Shown piece after piece: positions 50,086-58,711 of a stretch of DNA of 64,000 nucleotides. Both the position numbers and the translations under genes were made by a program. The stretch covers positions 1,856,001 to 1,920,000 of the forward strand of contig CAVUAK010000001.1 of the NCBI GenBank assembly GCA_963739455.1, read 5' to 3'. The DNA is from an uncultured Gemmatimonadales bacterium. GTDB lineage: Bacteria; Gemmatimonadota; Gemmatimonadetes; Gemmatimonadales; GWC2-71-9. A model generated the notes under the pieces. It was not told where the DNA came from. It saw only the letters and a list, made by a program, of their open reading frames with translations, and did no database searches. Every line of letters begins with the position of its first letter. Position 1 is the stretch's first letter.

Positions 50086-50353
50086 CATGGCGCCGGTCTT
50101 CATCACGAGCCTCATTATCGTGGCTGCGGCGGCGGTACTGATCCTCCGCGGACCGCTCGGGAGGGCGCTGGCTCGGCGCCTGGAGGGTACCGCCGGTCGC
50201 GACGAGAGTGCCGCCGCGGGCCTGGCGGATCGTGTGGCCGAGCTCGAGCAGCGAGATAACCGGTTGGTCGAACTGGAAGAGCGCCTGGACTTTGCGGAGC
50301 GATTGCTCGCCCAGCGCGACCTCGATCGCCTGCCGCGTGGGAGGGACCACTGA
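50072..50353 (+). CDS. PspB-like small membrane protein, copy 3
   Basis: TM, GPLGRALARRLEG, ELEERLDFAERLL; alternative ATG at 50087. Confidence 0.8.
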   Translation: MPPGDMAPVFITSLIIVAAAAVLILRGPLGRALARRLEGTAGRDESAAAGLADRVAELEQRDNRLVELEERLDFAERLLAQRDLDRLPRGRDH

Positions 50354-50718
50354 TGTTCCAGACACCACTGCCGGCGCCGCCGGCGCCACCCATGCCGGAG
50401 GCGGTAATCGTGTCGGCCGGTGGCGGCGGTCCGACGCTCTTCGAGGCGGTCTCGATTTGCGTCGTCGCGATTTCGTTCGCATTCGTCGCGTACAAGCTGC
50501 TGATGCCGCTCGTCCGCGCCTTTGCGGCCCGGATCGAGGGTCGCGGGACCAACCCGGCGCTGGAGCAGCGGGTGAACGAATTGCAGCAGCAGCTCGCCGA
50601 CGCCGACGTATTGCAGCACCGGGTCGCGGAACTGGAGGAGCGCCTCGACTTTGCCGAGAGGCTGCTCTCCCAGCGTGAGGAACCGTCACGGTTGCCTGCG
50701 GAAGGCGGGCGGCCATGA
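50353..50718 (+). CDS. PspB-like small membrane protein, copy 4
   Basis: Pro-rich N-tail, TM, PLVRAFAARIEG, ELEERLDFAERLL. Confidence 0.8.
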   Translation: MFQTPLPAPPAPPMPEAVIVSAGGGGPTLFEAVSICVVAISFAFVAYKLLMPLVRAFAARIEGRGTNPALEQRVNELQQQLADADVLQHRVAELEERLDFAERLLSQREEPSRLPAEGGRP

Positions 50719-51098
50719 CGCTCTTCCTGCAGGGAACAACGGTGACGGTGCAGGTACCGCCAATTCCGCCAATCCCGCCGATTCCGCCGATCCCTCCCAT
50801 CCCGGAGATTCAGGTGCTGCCGCCGTGGATGATGATGCCGCCCCAGATGATCGCGCTGATCACGATCGCGGCGGTCGCGGGAGTGGCGCTGGTGCTCTAT
50901 CCCATCGCCAAGGCGCTGGCCCGGCGTCTCGAGGGAAGAAACGCGAGCCCGGAGTTGATGCAGCAGATCGACGAATTGCGTGATCGGGTCCACGATCTCG
51001 AGTCGTCGCAGCATCGCGTGGCGGAACTGGAGGAACGGCTCGACTTCACGGAACGGCTCCTGGCGCAGCGGCGCGACCTCGAACTGCCAAGGAACTGA
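50715..51098 (+). CDS. PspB-like small membrane protein, copy 5
   Basis: (PPI)5 N-tail, TM, PIAKALARRLEG, ELEERLDFTERLL. Confidence 0.8.
   Translation: MTLFLQGTTVTVQVPPIPPIPPIPPIPPIPEIQVLPPWMMMPPQMIALITIAAVAGVALVLYPIAKALARRLEGRNASPELMQQIDELRDRVHDLESSQHRVAELEERLDFTERLLAQRRDLELPRN
50757..50804 (+). repeat. 9-bp coding tandem repeat encoding (Pro-Pro-Ile)5
   Basis: ccgccaatt ccgccaatc ccgccgatt ccgccgatc cctcccatc ccg. Confidence 0.8.
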
Positions 51099-51101
51099 CC
51101 C

Positions 51102-51377
51102 ATGACTGAAGCCGGCGAGTTCGCGTCCATGCTGGCACTCGGTGCCGGGCTCCTGGGTGCCACGCTGGGGCCGATCGGTCAGGCCTGGGGGCGTCGAATC
51201 GAGGCGAAGATTGCGGGTGGCGGACCCCACTCCGAGGAACTGTCGCAGCGCGTTGCCGACCTCGAGGCATGTGCGCAGCGCGTGGCGGAGCTGGAAGAGC
51301 GAGTGGACTTCGCCGAGCGCATGCTGTCCCAGCAACGTGATGCCGAGCAATTGCCGGCGGGAGGGAAGGACACGTGA
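51102..51377 (+). CDS. PspB-like small membrane protein, copy 6
   Basis: TM, GPIGQAWGRRIE, ELEERVDFAERML. Confidence 0.8.
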   Translation: MTEAGEFASMLALGAGLLGATLGPIGQAWGRRIEAKIAGGGPHSEELSQRVADLEACAQRVAELEERVDFAERMLSQQRDAEQLPAGGKDT

Positions 51378-51711
51378 GCGGACGGATCGACAACCGGTAC
51401 CTCATCGTGGCCACGATCCTCGGCCTGGCTGCCATCGGCGCCTTACCATGATGGCGATGACAGATGGGCGAGGACTTCGCCGTCCCGGCCTCATCGCCCT
51501 CGGCGTGGTCGGGGCCGTGATCTTCAAGGGACCGGTGGGGAAGGCGCTCGGGCGTCGCCTCGAGCATGGCGCGCCCGCCGAGCCGTCGCCGGAGTTCGTG
51601 GCGGAGCTGGACGAGATGCGGAGCAGGGTGATGGAGCTGGAAGAGCGCCTGGACTTCACCGAGCGCATGCTCAGCAAGGCGCGTGAACCCGAGCGGATTG
51701 ATGTGCGCTGA
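51374..51711 (+). CDS. PspB-like small membrane protein, copy 7 (indel near 51443, or start at ATG 51448)
   Basis: GTG 51374 reads a hydrophobic segment that stops at 51451; the next frame continues TM, GPVGKALGRRLE, ELEERLDFTERML. Confidence 0.7.
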
Positions 51712-51746
51712 AAAATCCCGGGGAAACCGTCATTAGATTCATTGCA

Positions 51747-51762
51747 TGGCACGGGTAGTGCC
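51747..51762 (+). promoter_or_regulatory. Candidate sigma-54 -24/-12 site, or palindromic operator, upstream of the ybjN-like gene and pspA
   Basis: TGGCACGggtaGTGCc with GG-N10-GC spacing; also an inverted repeat GGCAC/GTGCC. Confidence 0.35.
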
Positions 51763-51782
51763 GGCTACAGGGAGGCTCGGAC

Positions 51783-52179
51783 ATGGTGACGCGCGAGGAC
51801 ATTCAGAATTGGCTGGAGCGGCTCGATGCGGGCACGCTCGAGGTGCGCGAGGTGGAGCCGGGGTTGTGGATCGCCCGTTCGCCCGGACGGCGCCGAGGTC
51901 GTGGTGAACTTCGCGACGCCGGTGGTGATCCTCCGCGTGCGCGTCATGGAACTGCCCAAGGCAGAGCCCGGTCGCAGTGAACTCTTCCGGCAGCTGCTGG
52001 AATTCAATGCACGCGACCTGGTGCACGGCTCGTACGGGCTCGAGGGTGATCACGTGGTGCTGACCGACACGCTCGAGCTGGAAAACCTCGACTACAACGA
52101 GTTCGAAGCCAGCTTCGACTCGATTACGCTGGCGCTCGCCTCGCATTACTCGGCGCTCGCGCCCTACAAGGAGGCCTGA
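51783..52179 (+). CDS. YbjN / CesT-like chaperone-fold protein (+1 frameshift near 51883)
   Basis: GGAGG RBS; MVTREDIQ..., LFRQLLEFNA.DLVHGSYGL...LELENLDYNEF. Confidence 0.78.
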
Positions 52180-52185
52180 GTCGCA

Positions 52186-52968
52186 ATGGGGATCTGGGAT
52201 CGCTTCTCCACCATGTTCCGGTCGAACCTCAACGACCTGATCAGCCGGGCCGAGAATCCTGAGAAGATGCTGAACCAGCTGATCGTCGACATGAAGACGC
52301 AGCTGGGGAAGGCCAAGCAGCAGGTGGCCTCGGCCATTGCCGACGAGAAGAAGCTCCAGGCCGACGCCGAGGCGCTGCGGAAGCAGGCCGAGGACTGGGA
52401 GCGGCGCGCCATGCTGGCGGTGCAGGAAGGGAAGGACGACCTCGCCAAGCAGGCGCTCATGCGCTACAACGAGGCGCTTCAGGGTGCCCAACAGCTGCAC
52501 GACACCTGGCTCAAGCACCGGGCCGAGACGGAGAAGCTCAAGCTGTCGCTGCGCCAGCTGAACGACAAGATCGAGGAGGCGAAGCGCAAGAAGAACATCC
52601 TGCTCGCTCGAGCCAAGCGCGCCGAGGCGCAGCAGCGCATCCAGGAAACGATGTCGGGCATGTCCGACAAGGGCGCCTTCGAGTCGTTCGAGCGGATGGC
52701 CGAGAAGATCGAGGCGCAGGAACGGAAGGCCATCGCATCCGCCGAGCTGCAGGAGGAGTTCGAGGGCGACTCGCTCATCAAGCAGTTCGAGGTGCTGGAG
52801 TACCACGGCAGCGCCGACCAGGCGCTGCTCGAGCTCAAGCGGAAGATGGGCGTGCTCCCGCCGGCTTCGGGTGAGAAGGCGAAACAGCTTGGTCGCGGCG
52901 CTGGCGACGTACACGATGCAGAGCTGGTGGATGACACCGGCCAGGCGGACGGCACCACGCACGGGTAG
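52186..52968 (+). CDS. pspA: PspA/IM30 (Vipp1, ESCRT-III-like) family protein
   Basis: MGIWDRFSTMFRSNLNDLISRAENPEKMLNQLIVDM, DDLAKQAL, FERMAEKI, long coiled coil. Confidence 0.95.
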   Translation: MGIWDRFSTMFRSNLNDLISRAENPEKMLNQLIVDMKTQLGKAKQQVASAIADEKKLQADAEALRKQAEDWERRAMLAVQEGKDDLAKQALMRYNEALQGAQQLHDTWLKHRAETEKLKLSLRQLNDKIEEAKRKKNILLARAKRAEAQQRIQETMSGMSDKGAFESFERMAEKIEAQERKAIASAELQEEFEGDSLIKQFEVLEYHGSADQALLELKRKMGVLPPASGEKAKQLGRGAGDVHDAELVDDTGQADGTTHG

Positions 52969-52971
52969 CCT

Positions 52972-53108
52972 TGGGTCGTGGGTCGTGGGTCGTGAGGGGC
53001 TTCCATCGGGAGCCCCTCATTGCTTGGCAGGACTCGAGCGTTCAGCGATATTGCCGACCCTCGACTTGTTATTGACGACCACGACTCACGACCCACGACT
53101 CACGACCC
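52972..53108. repeat. Inverted heptamer tandem arrays enclosing a hairpin
   Basis: (TGGGTCG)3 at 52972-52992 and (CACGACY)4 at 53080-53107; internal stem-loop 52993-53019. Confidence 0.75.
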
Positions 53109-53109
53109 C

Positions 53110-54186
53110 ATGGCACAGCCACGCTTCCTCATTGTCGCCGACGGAGACTTCGGGCCCATGACCTCGAAGACCGCAAACTCGGTGATCCGGTACCGCCCGC
53201 AGCAGGTCGTTGGTGTGCTCGACCGGCAGTTCGCCGGCCGCACCTCGCAGGACGTGCTGGGGTTTGGCGGCGGCATTCCCGTGGTCGCCTCCATGAAGGA
53301 CGGGCTCGCCCTGAAGCCGACGGCGATCCTGATCGGCATCGCCCCATCAGGGGGGCGGTTGCCGGAGGAATGGAAAGCCTGGCTGGGTGAGGCGCTCGAT
53401 GCCGGGTGTGAACTCTGGAGCGGGCTCCACACCTTTCTCGGTGACGATCCGGTGCTCGCCGCGAAGTCGAAGGCGAAGGGGGTCGCGATTCACGATGTGC
53501 GCCGCCCGCCCGCACACCTCCAGGTCGCGGGAGGTCTCGCGAAGGACGTCGAGGCGTACGTGGTGCTTACGGTCGGCACGGACTGCAATGTTGGCAAGAT
53601 GACGGCGCAGCTGCAGCTGGTGGACAAGCTCAACGCGCGGGGAGTGAAGACCCGGTTCGTGGCGACGGGCCAGACCGGCATCTTCATCGAGGGCTGGGGC
53701 ATTGCGGTGGATGCCGTGATCGCCGACTTCATTGCTGGTGCCGCCGAGCAGATCACGGTGCAGGGGGCAAAGGACACGGACATCGTGCTGGTCGAGGGGC
53801 AGGGGAGCATCAACCACCCCGGCTACAGCGGCGTGACGCTCGGCCTGCTGCACGGCTCCTGCCCCGATGCAATGATCCTCTGCCACCAGGCGACGCGCGA
53901 CTACATCGGCGACTACCGGCAGGCGGCGTGGCTCAAGATTCCCCCGCTCAGCGAGTACGTGAAGCTGTACGAGCAGATCGGCTCGGCGGTGCACCCGACC
54001 AAGGTGGTCGGCATCGCGCTCAACACCTACGACATGGACGATGTCGCGGCTCGTCGTGCCTGCGATGCTGCCCAGGCGGAGACGGGCCTGCCATGCACCG
54101 ACCCGGTGCGGTTCGACCCGGCGCCGCTCATCGACGGACTGCTCCAGGATCGCCAGCGCTACCTCGCCCGTCGCCGGGCCGGATGA
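53110..54186 (+). CDS. DUF1611 family P-loop protein (DgcN-like)
   Basis: SKTA, GIAPSGG, SGLH, VGTDCNVGKMT, ATGQTGI, DAVIADF.AGA.E, VEGQGS..HP.YS.VTLGLLHG. Confidence 0.88.
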   Translation: MAQPRFLIVADGDFGPMTSKTANSVIRYRPQQVVGVLDRQFAGRTSQDVLGFGGGIPVVASMKDGLALKPTAILIGIAPSGGRLPEEWKAWLGEALDAGCELWSGLHTFLGDDPVLAAKSKAKGVAIHDVRRPPAHLQVAGGLAKDVEAYVVLTVGTDCNVGKMTAQLQLVDKLNARGVKTRFVATGQTGIFIEGWGIAVDAVIADFIAGAAEQITVQGAKDTDIVLVEGQGSINHPGYSGVTLGLLHGSCPDAMILCHQATRDYIGDYRQAAWLKIPPLSEYVKLYEQIGSAVHPTKVVGIALNTYDMDDVAARRACDAAQAETGLPCTDPVRFDPAPLIDGLLQDRQRYLARRRAG

Positions 54187-54213
54187 CCCCTGCCCCTGCT
54201 GAGGGCTGACCGA

Positions 54214-55137
54214 GTGCTGCTTCTCGACATGCCCGAGTTCATCAACCGGATCGCCTCCCTGCTGCGGGTGGATCCGGAAGTAGTTGTGCGCCGCCTGCTG
54301 ACGCTGGTGATCATCTGGGCACTGGCGTGGCTCGGTGACCTGCTGGTCCGGCTCCTGGCGCGCCGCATCGAGCGCGCCGTGGACGACGGCGACGATAGCA
54401 CCATGACCATGCAGGAGAAGCAGGGACGCACCGTGGCGCAGCTGCTCCGGAGCGTGGGCCGGCTGCTGATCGTGGCCCTGGCGCTGCTGATGACGCTCAA
54501 CCAGTTCATCAACATTGCGCCGATCCTGGCCGGCGCCGGTATCCTCGGCCTGGCCTTCTCCTTCGGTGCCCAGAGCCTGGTGAAGGACGTGATCACCGGC
54601 TTCTTCATGCTGGTCGAGAACTCGATCTCGGTGGGTGACACCGTGGAGATCGCGGGCAAGACCGGAACGGTGGAGCGCGTGACGCTGCGCGTGGTGCGCC
54701 TGCGCGATGTCGACGGGACACTGCACATCATCCCGAACGGCCAGATCACGACGGTGAGCAACCAGACCCGCGGCTGGTCGCGCGCGGTGGTTGACGTCAC
54801 GGTGGCCTACGAATCCGACCTGGACCGCGCACTCGGCGTGTTCCGGGAGGAGGCCGCCCGGTTCGCCGCGGACCCCGGCTGGTCGCGCCTGCTGGATGGG
54901 CCGCCCGAGGTACTGGGTGTACAGCAACTCGCGGAACGAGGGGTGACACTGCGCACGCTGCTGCGGACCCATCCAGGGAAGCAGTGGGAAGTGGCGCGCG
55001 CGTTCCGGCTGCGCATACTCGAACGCCTGGGACGCGAGCGCATCGCCATCGCGGCACTGCCCAGCGTGTCGGCCATGGGTGGCGGCGCCATCCGCAGCGA
55101 GGCAGTTACCCCGGGCACGATGGGGAGCGACGCATGA
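54214..55137 (+). CDS. Small-conductance mechanosensitive channel (MscS family)
   Basis: GAGILGLAFSFGAQSLVKDVITGFF, VGDTVEI...GTVE, IPNG. Confidence 0.92.
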   Translation: MLLLDMPEFINRIASLLRVDPEVVVRRLLTLVIIWALAWLGDLLVRLLARRIERAVDDGDDSTMTMQEKQGRTVAQLLRSVGRLLIVALALLMTLNQFINIAPILAGAGILGLAFSFGAQSLVKDVITGFFMLVENSISVGDTVEIAGKTGTVERVTLRVVRLRDVDGTLHIIPNGQITTVSNQTRGWSRAVVDVTVAYESDLDRALGVFREEAARFAADPGWSRLLDGPPEVLGVQQLAERGVTLRTLLRTHPGKQWEVARAFRLRILERLGRERIAIAALPSVSAMGGGAIRSEAVTPGTMGSDA

Positions 55138-56625
55138 CGCTGCACCTGTTCAATACGATGACCCGGCGGGTCGAGCCCTTCGCGCCGATCGCGCCACCGC
55201 GCGTCTCGCTCTACACCTGTGGACCCACGGTGTGGAGCTACGCGCATATCGGGAACTTCCGCACCTTTCTCTTCGAGGACCTGCTCCGGCGCTGGCTCGA
55301 GGCCAGCGGGTACGAAGTGTTCCAGGTCATGAACCTGACCGACGTGGACGACCGGATCATCTCGGAGGCGGGGAAGGCGGACACCGACATCGACAGCTTT
55401 GTGGCGCCGTTCATCAAGGCGTTCAACGAGGATCGCGAATGGCTTCGCATTCGCGCTCCGCACGCGCAGCCACGGGCGACGGGCTTCGTGCCGGCCATGG
55501 TGCGCCTGGTCGAGGGGCTGCTCGAGAAGGGCGTCGCGTACAAGGGCGAGGACGGGTCGGTCTACTTCTCGATCGAGCGATTCCCGGCATACGGCCGGCT
55601 CTCACAGCTGGACAAGCGCGAGTTGCGCACCGGCGCAAGCGGCCGGGTGGCGAGCGATGAGTACGCCAAGGAAGATGCGCGTGACTTCGCCCTCTGGAAG
55701 GCGGCGCAGCCGGCGGACGAAGCCGTGGGCGCCGCGTGGGATGCGCCGTTCGGTCGCGGGCGTCCCGGCTGGCACCTCGAGTGCTCGGCGATGGCGCTGG
55801 ACCTCGTGGGCGAGCGGTTCGGCACCGATGTGCTCGACATTCACGCCGGGGGCGTCGACCTGATCTTCCCGCACCATGAAGACGAGATCGCGCAGAGCTG
55901 CGCCTATACCGGCCAGCCGGACTTCGCGCGGTTCTGGCTGCACGGGGAATTCCTGAACATTCGCGGCACCAAGATGTCGAAGCGGTTCGGGAACCTCACC
56001 ACGCCGCGCGACTTGAAGACCGATGGTGTCGATGCCGGAGCCGTGCGGTTGCTCGTCTTCCAGACGCATTACCGGCAGAAGCTCGACTTGACCGACGACG
56101 CGCTCGATGCGGCGCGCGAAGGGGCCCGCCGGCTGGGCGAGTTCGGCGACCGTCTTGCCCGCGCGCCGATGGGGGCTGGATCCGCCGCGGAAACGGACGC
56201 CGCCGCCGCACTGCGGGCGCTGGTGACCGAGGCCATGAACGACGACCTGAATGCCCCGCGAGCGGTGGCGGCGCTGTTCGACTTCGTGCGGGAGGGGAAC
56301 CGCCTGCTGGATGGGTCGAAGAGTGCGGGGCCGGAGCTCCGTGCGGTCTGGGCCTGGGCGGCTGAGGTCCTCGATGTCGCGGCGGGCCCGGCCAAGGTCC
56401 TCAACATTGGATTACAGGGCATGGAGTTGAACGTCGAGCAGGGAGACGCAGCCGTTGTTGAGTTAGGATCAGAAGAGTGGGCGGGGGTACTGGCCAGCGA
56501 ACGGGTAGAGGCCGAGAAAGGCTCGTAACTTCAAGCGCTCAGATGAGATACGTGACTGACTCAAGGCAAATGGCTGGGAGATTCGTGACACCAAGGATGG
56601 CCCTCAGGTGGTCCGGATCGGCTAG
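55134..56625 (+). CDS. cysS: Cysteine--tRNA ligase (3' end disrupted by a +1 frameshift near 56513 and an in-frame TGA at 56557)
   Basis: YTCGPTV..AHIGN, DFALWK, GRPGWHLECSAM, DIHAGGVDLIFPHHE, KMSK; tail ARKARNFKRSDEIRD*LKANGWEIRD in the next frame. Confidence 0.93.
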
Positions 56626-56785
56626 GAGCCAGGCCGGCCGGAACCGTCAAGTCCTCAAGTCCTCACGCCCTCAAGTCCGCCATACGGCGCAGGCTGGCTA
56701 TCCCCGCTCCGCCATCGCCAGTTGACCTATGCTCCAGCGCCGTTTATTCTAAGGGTCTGTTTCTTTTGGCCCCGGCGCAATTTGC

Positions 56786-56858
56786 GCTGACGTAGCTCAA
56801 TTGGCAGAGCACCGGTTTTGTAAACCGGCGGTTGTGGGTTCGATTCCCACCGTCAGCT
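56786..56858 (+). tRNA. tRNA-Thr(TGT)
   Basis: GCTGACG/CGTCAGC acceptor stem; anticodon arm CCGGT-TTTGTAA-ACCGG; TTCGA loop. Confidence 0.96.
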
Positions 56859-56923
56859 TGGAGAGCGGGGCCTCGTCGTGTGTGTCGCGTGAAAAGCGTG
56901 TCGCGGCGAAGTTGCCGACGGCC

Positions 56924-57008
56924 GGTGGGGTGGCCGAGTGGCTAATGGCAGCAGACTGTAAATCTGCCGGGCTAACGCTCTACGTAGGTTCGAATCCTAC
57001 CCCCACCA
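56924..57008 (+). tRNA. tRNA-Tyr(GTA)
   Basis: GGTGGGG/CCCCACC acceptor stem; GCAGA-CTGTAAA-TCTGC; long variable arm. Confidence 0.96.
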
Positions 57009-57057
57009 CTGGTAGGGCGGAACAAAGCAGGCTCGCAGGGCGAAGGACCGGGAGTGC

Positions 57058-57130
57058 GCGGGTGTAGCTCAGTTGGTAGAGCATCAGCCTTCCAAGCTGA
57101 GGGTCGCGGGTTCGAGTCCCGTCGCCCGCT
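57058..57130 (+). tRNA. tRNA-Gly(TCC)
   Basis: GCGGGTG/CGCCCGC acceptor stem; TCAGC-CTTCCAA-GCTGA. Confidence 0.96.
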
Positions 57131-57155
57131 TGACCGGCTCAGTTGGAGAGACATC

Positions 57156-57228
57156 GCTCGCGTAGCTCAGTTGGTAGAGCACATCCTTGGTAAGGATGAG
57201 GTCACCGGTTCAATCCCGGTCGCGAGCT
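57156..57228 (+). tRNA. tRNA-Thr(GGT)
   Basis: GCTCGCG/CGCGAGC acceptor stem; CATCC-TTGGTAA-GGATG. Confidence 0.96.
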
Positions 57229-57268
57229 CTGGGTCGAACAGTACGATCGGAACCATAGGAAGAACGCC

Positions 57269-57418
57269 ATGCGCGACAAGGTGATTCTCGAGTGCACCGA
57301 GTGCCGCAACCGCAACTTCTTCCAGACGAAGAACAAGCGGAAGCACCCGGAGCGCGTTGAACAGCGGAAGTACTGCCCCTCGTGCAACGGTCATAAGGCG
57401 CACAAGGAGTCGAAGTAA
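57269..57418 (+). CDS. rpmG: 50S ribosomal protein L33, Zn-binding form (absent from the ORF track)
   Basis: MRDKVILECTECRNRNFFQTKNKRKHPERVEQRKYCPSCNGHKAHKESK. Confidence 0.96.
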   Translation: MRDKVILECTECRNRNFFQTKNKRKHPERVEQRKYCPSCNGHKAHKESK

Positions 57419-57420
57419 GC

Positions 57421-57657
57421 ATGGACGCAGTCCAGCAGGCGCCGGTCCGCGAACCCGGCAAGTTTGCGCAGGTCCGGGAGTTCATGGAAGCGGTCCAGGC
57501 CGAGATGAAGAAGGTCACCTGGCCTTCCAAGCCGGAGCTGATCAAGGCGACACGCATGATCGTGATCGTGTCCATGGTGCTCGGCGTGCTGATCGGCCTG
57601 CTCGACTGGATGCTGCAGAAGATCCTGGTCGACGGCGTCGCCGCGCTGGCGCGGTAA
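57421..57657 (+). CDS. secE: Preprotein translocase subunit SecE
   Basis: EMKKVTWPSKPEL plus TM; synteny. Confidence 0.95.
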   Translation: MDAVQQAPVREPGKFAQVREFMEAVQAEMKKVTWPSKPELIKATRMIVIVSMVLGVLIGLLDWMLQKILVDGVAALAR

Positions 57658-57661
57658 CCGG

Positions 57662-58205
57662 ATGGAATACCGCTGGTACGCCATCCAGACGACTGCGGGC
57701 CATGAGAACAAGGTGCGTAGCCTGATCCAGAAGCGGATCGAGGACGACCCGCGGCCGGCGGAAGAGAAGCTGATCCGCCAGGCACTGGTGCCGACGCAGG
57801 ACGTGATCGAGATCAAGAACGGCAAGAAGGTCACGGTCGAGCGGAAGCTGTTTCCCGGGCTACGTGCTGGTCGACATGCAGATGGGGCAGGAAGCGCTGC
57901 ACGTCGTGAACAGCATCCAGGGCGTGATCAAGTTCGTGGGCTCGGGCAAGCTGCCGCAGCCGCTCCGCCAGGATGAAGTCAACCGCCTGCTGGGCGTGGT
58001 CGAGGCGGTGAGCGACTCGGGCGCGAAGGAAGAGATCCCGTTCCTCATCGGCCAGGTGGTCGAGATCACCGAGGGACCGTTCTCCGACTTCTCCGGCACC
58101 GTCGAAGAGGTGCTGTCCGAGAAGGGGAAGGTGAAGGTGTCGGTGAGCCTGTTCGGCCGGCCGACGAGCGTGGAGATGGACTACCTGCAGTTGAGGGGTC
58201 ACTAG
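57662..58205 (+). CDS. nusG: Transcription factor NusG (+1 frameshift near 57858)
   Basis: WYAIQTTAGHENKV, RKLFPG/YVLVDM, KOW domain GPFSDFSGTVEEV, VSLFGRPT. Confidence 0.95.
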
Positions 58206-58285
58206 GACCCTGCAGTCTTGAAGTACCCCGCCACCGCACGGGGCTAATCCTGCGGGAGATCGGCAACGATCGCAAAGGACAGTGA

Positions 58286-58711
58286 ATGGCGAAGAAGATC
58301 CAGGCAGTCGTGAAGCTTCAGTGTCCCGCAGGGGCCGCCAATCCGGCGCCGCCTGTAGGCACGGCCTTGGGTCCGCACGGCGTGAACATCATGGAGTTCT
58401 GCAAGCAGTTCAACGCCCGGACGCAGGGACAGGCGGGAATGGTGATCCCGGTTGTGGTCACCATCTTCTCGGACCGCACCTTCACCTTCATCACCAAGAC
58501 GCCCCCGGCGCCGAACCTCCTGTTGAAGGAGGCCGGCCTCGAGAAGGGCAGTGCCCAGCCGAACCGCCAGAAGGTCGGCAAGGTGACGAAGGCGCAGGTC
58601 AGGAAGATCGCTGAAATCAAGATGGCCGACTTGAACGCGTCCGACCTCGACAGCGCCATGCGCATGGTCGCGGGCACGGCGCGCTCGATGGGCGTGGAGG
58701 TCATCGACTGA
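58286..58711 (+). CDS. rplK: 50S ribosomal protein L11
   Basis: [32 protein letters not shown]. Confidence 0.98.
   Translation: MAKKIQAVVKLQCPAGAANPAPPVGTALGPHGVNIMEFCKQFNARTQGQAGMVIPVVVTIFSDRTFTFITKTPPAPNLLLKEAGLEKGSAQPNRQKVGKVTKAQVRKIAEIKMADLNASDLDSAMRMVAGTARSMGVEVID

Noticed and set aside
49700..51680. Recurring gagcgcctggactt-like DNA as a CRISPR array or non-coding repeat
   Set aside because: The repeats are in-frame coding motifs with synonymous variation and irregular 250-400 nt spacing, and no cas genes are present.
56557..56559. Selenocysteine or recoded TGA in cysS
   Set aside because: The position is variable and non-catalytic, no SECIS-like hairpin was recognised, TGA is the usual stop in this window, and there is another error nearby.
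56786..57228. Integrated element or prophage at the tRNA cluster
   Set aside because: No integrase, phage genes or duplicated tRNA 3' end were noticed in the window.
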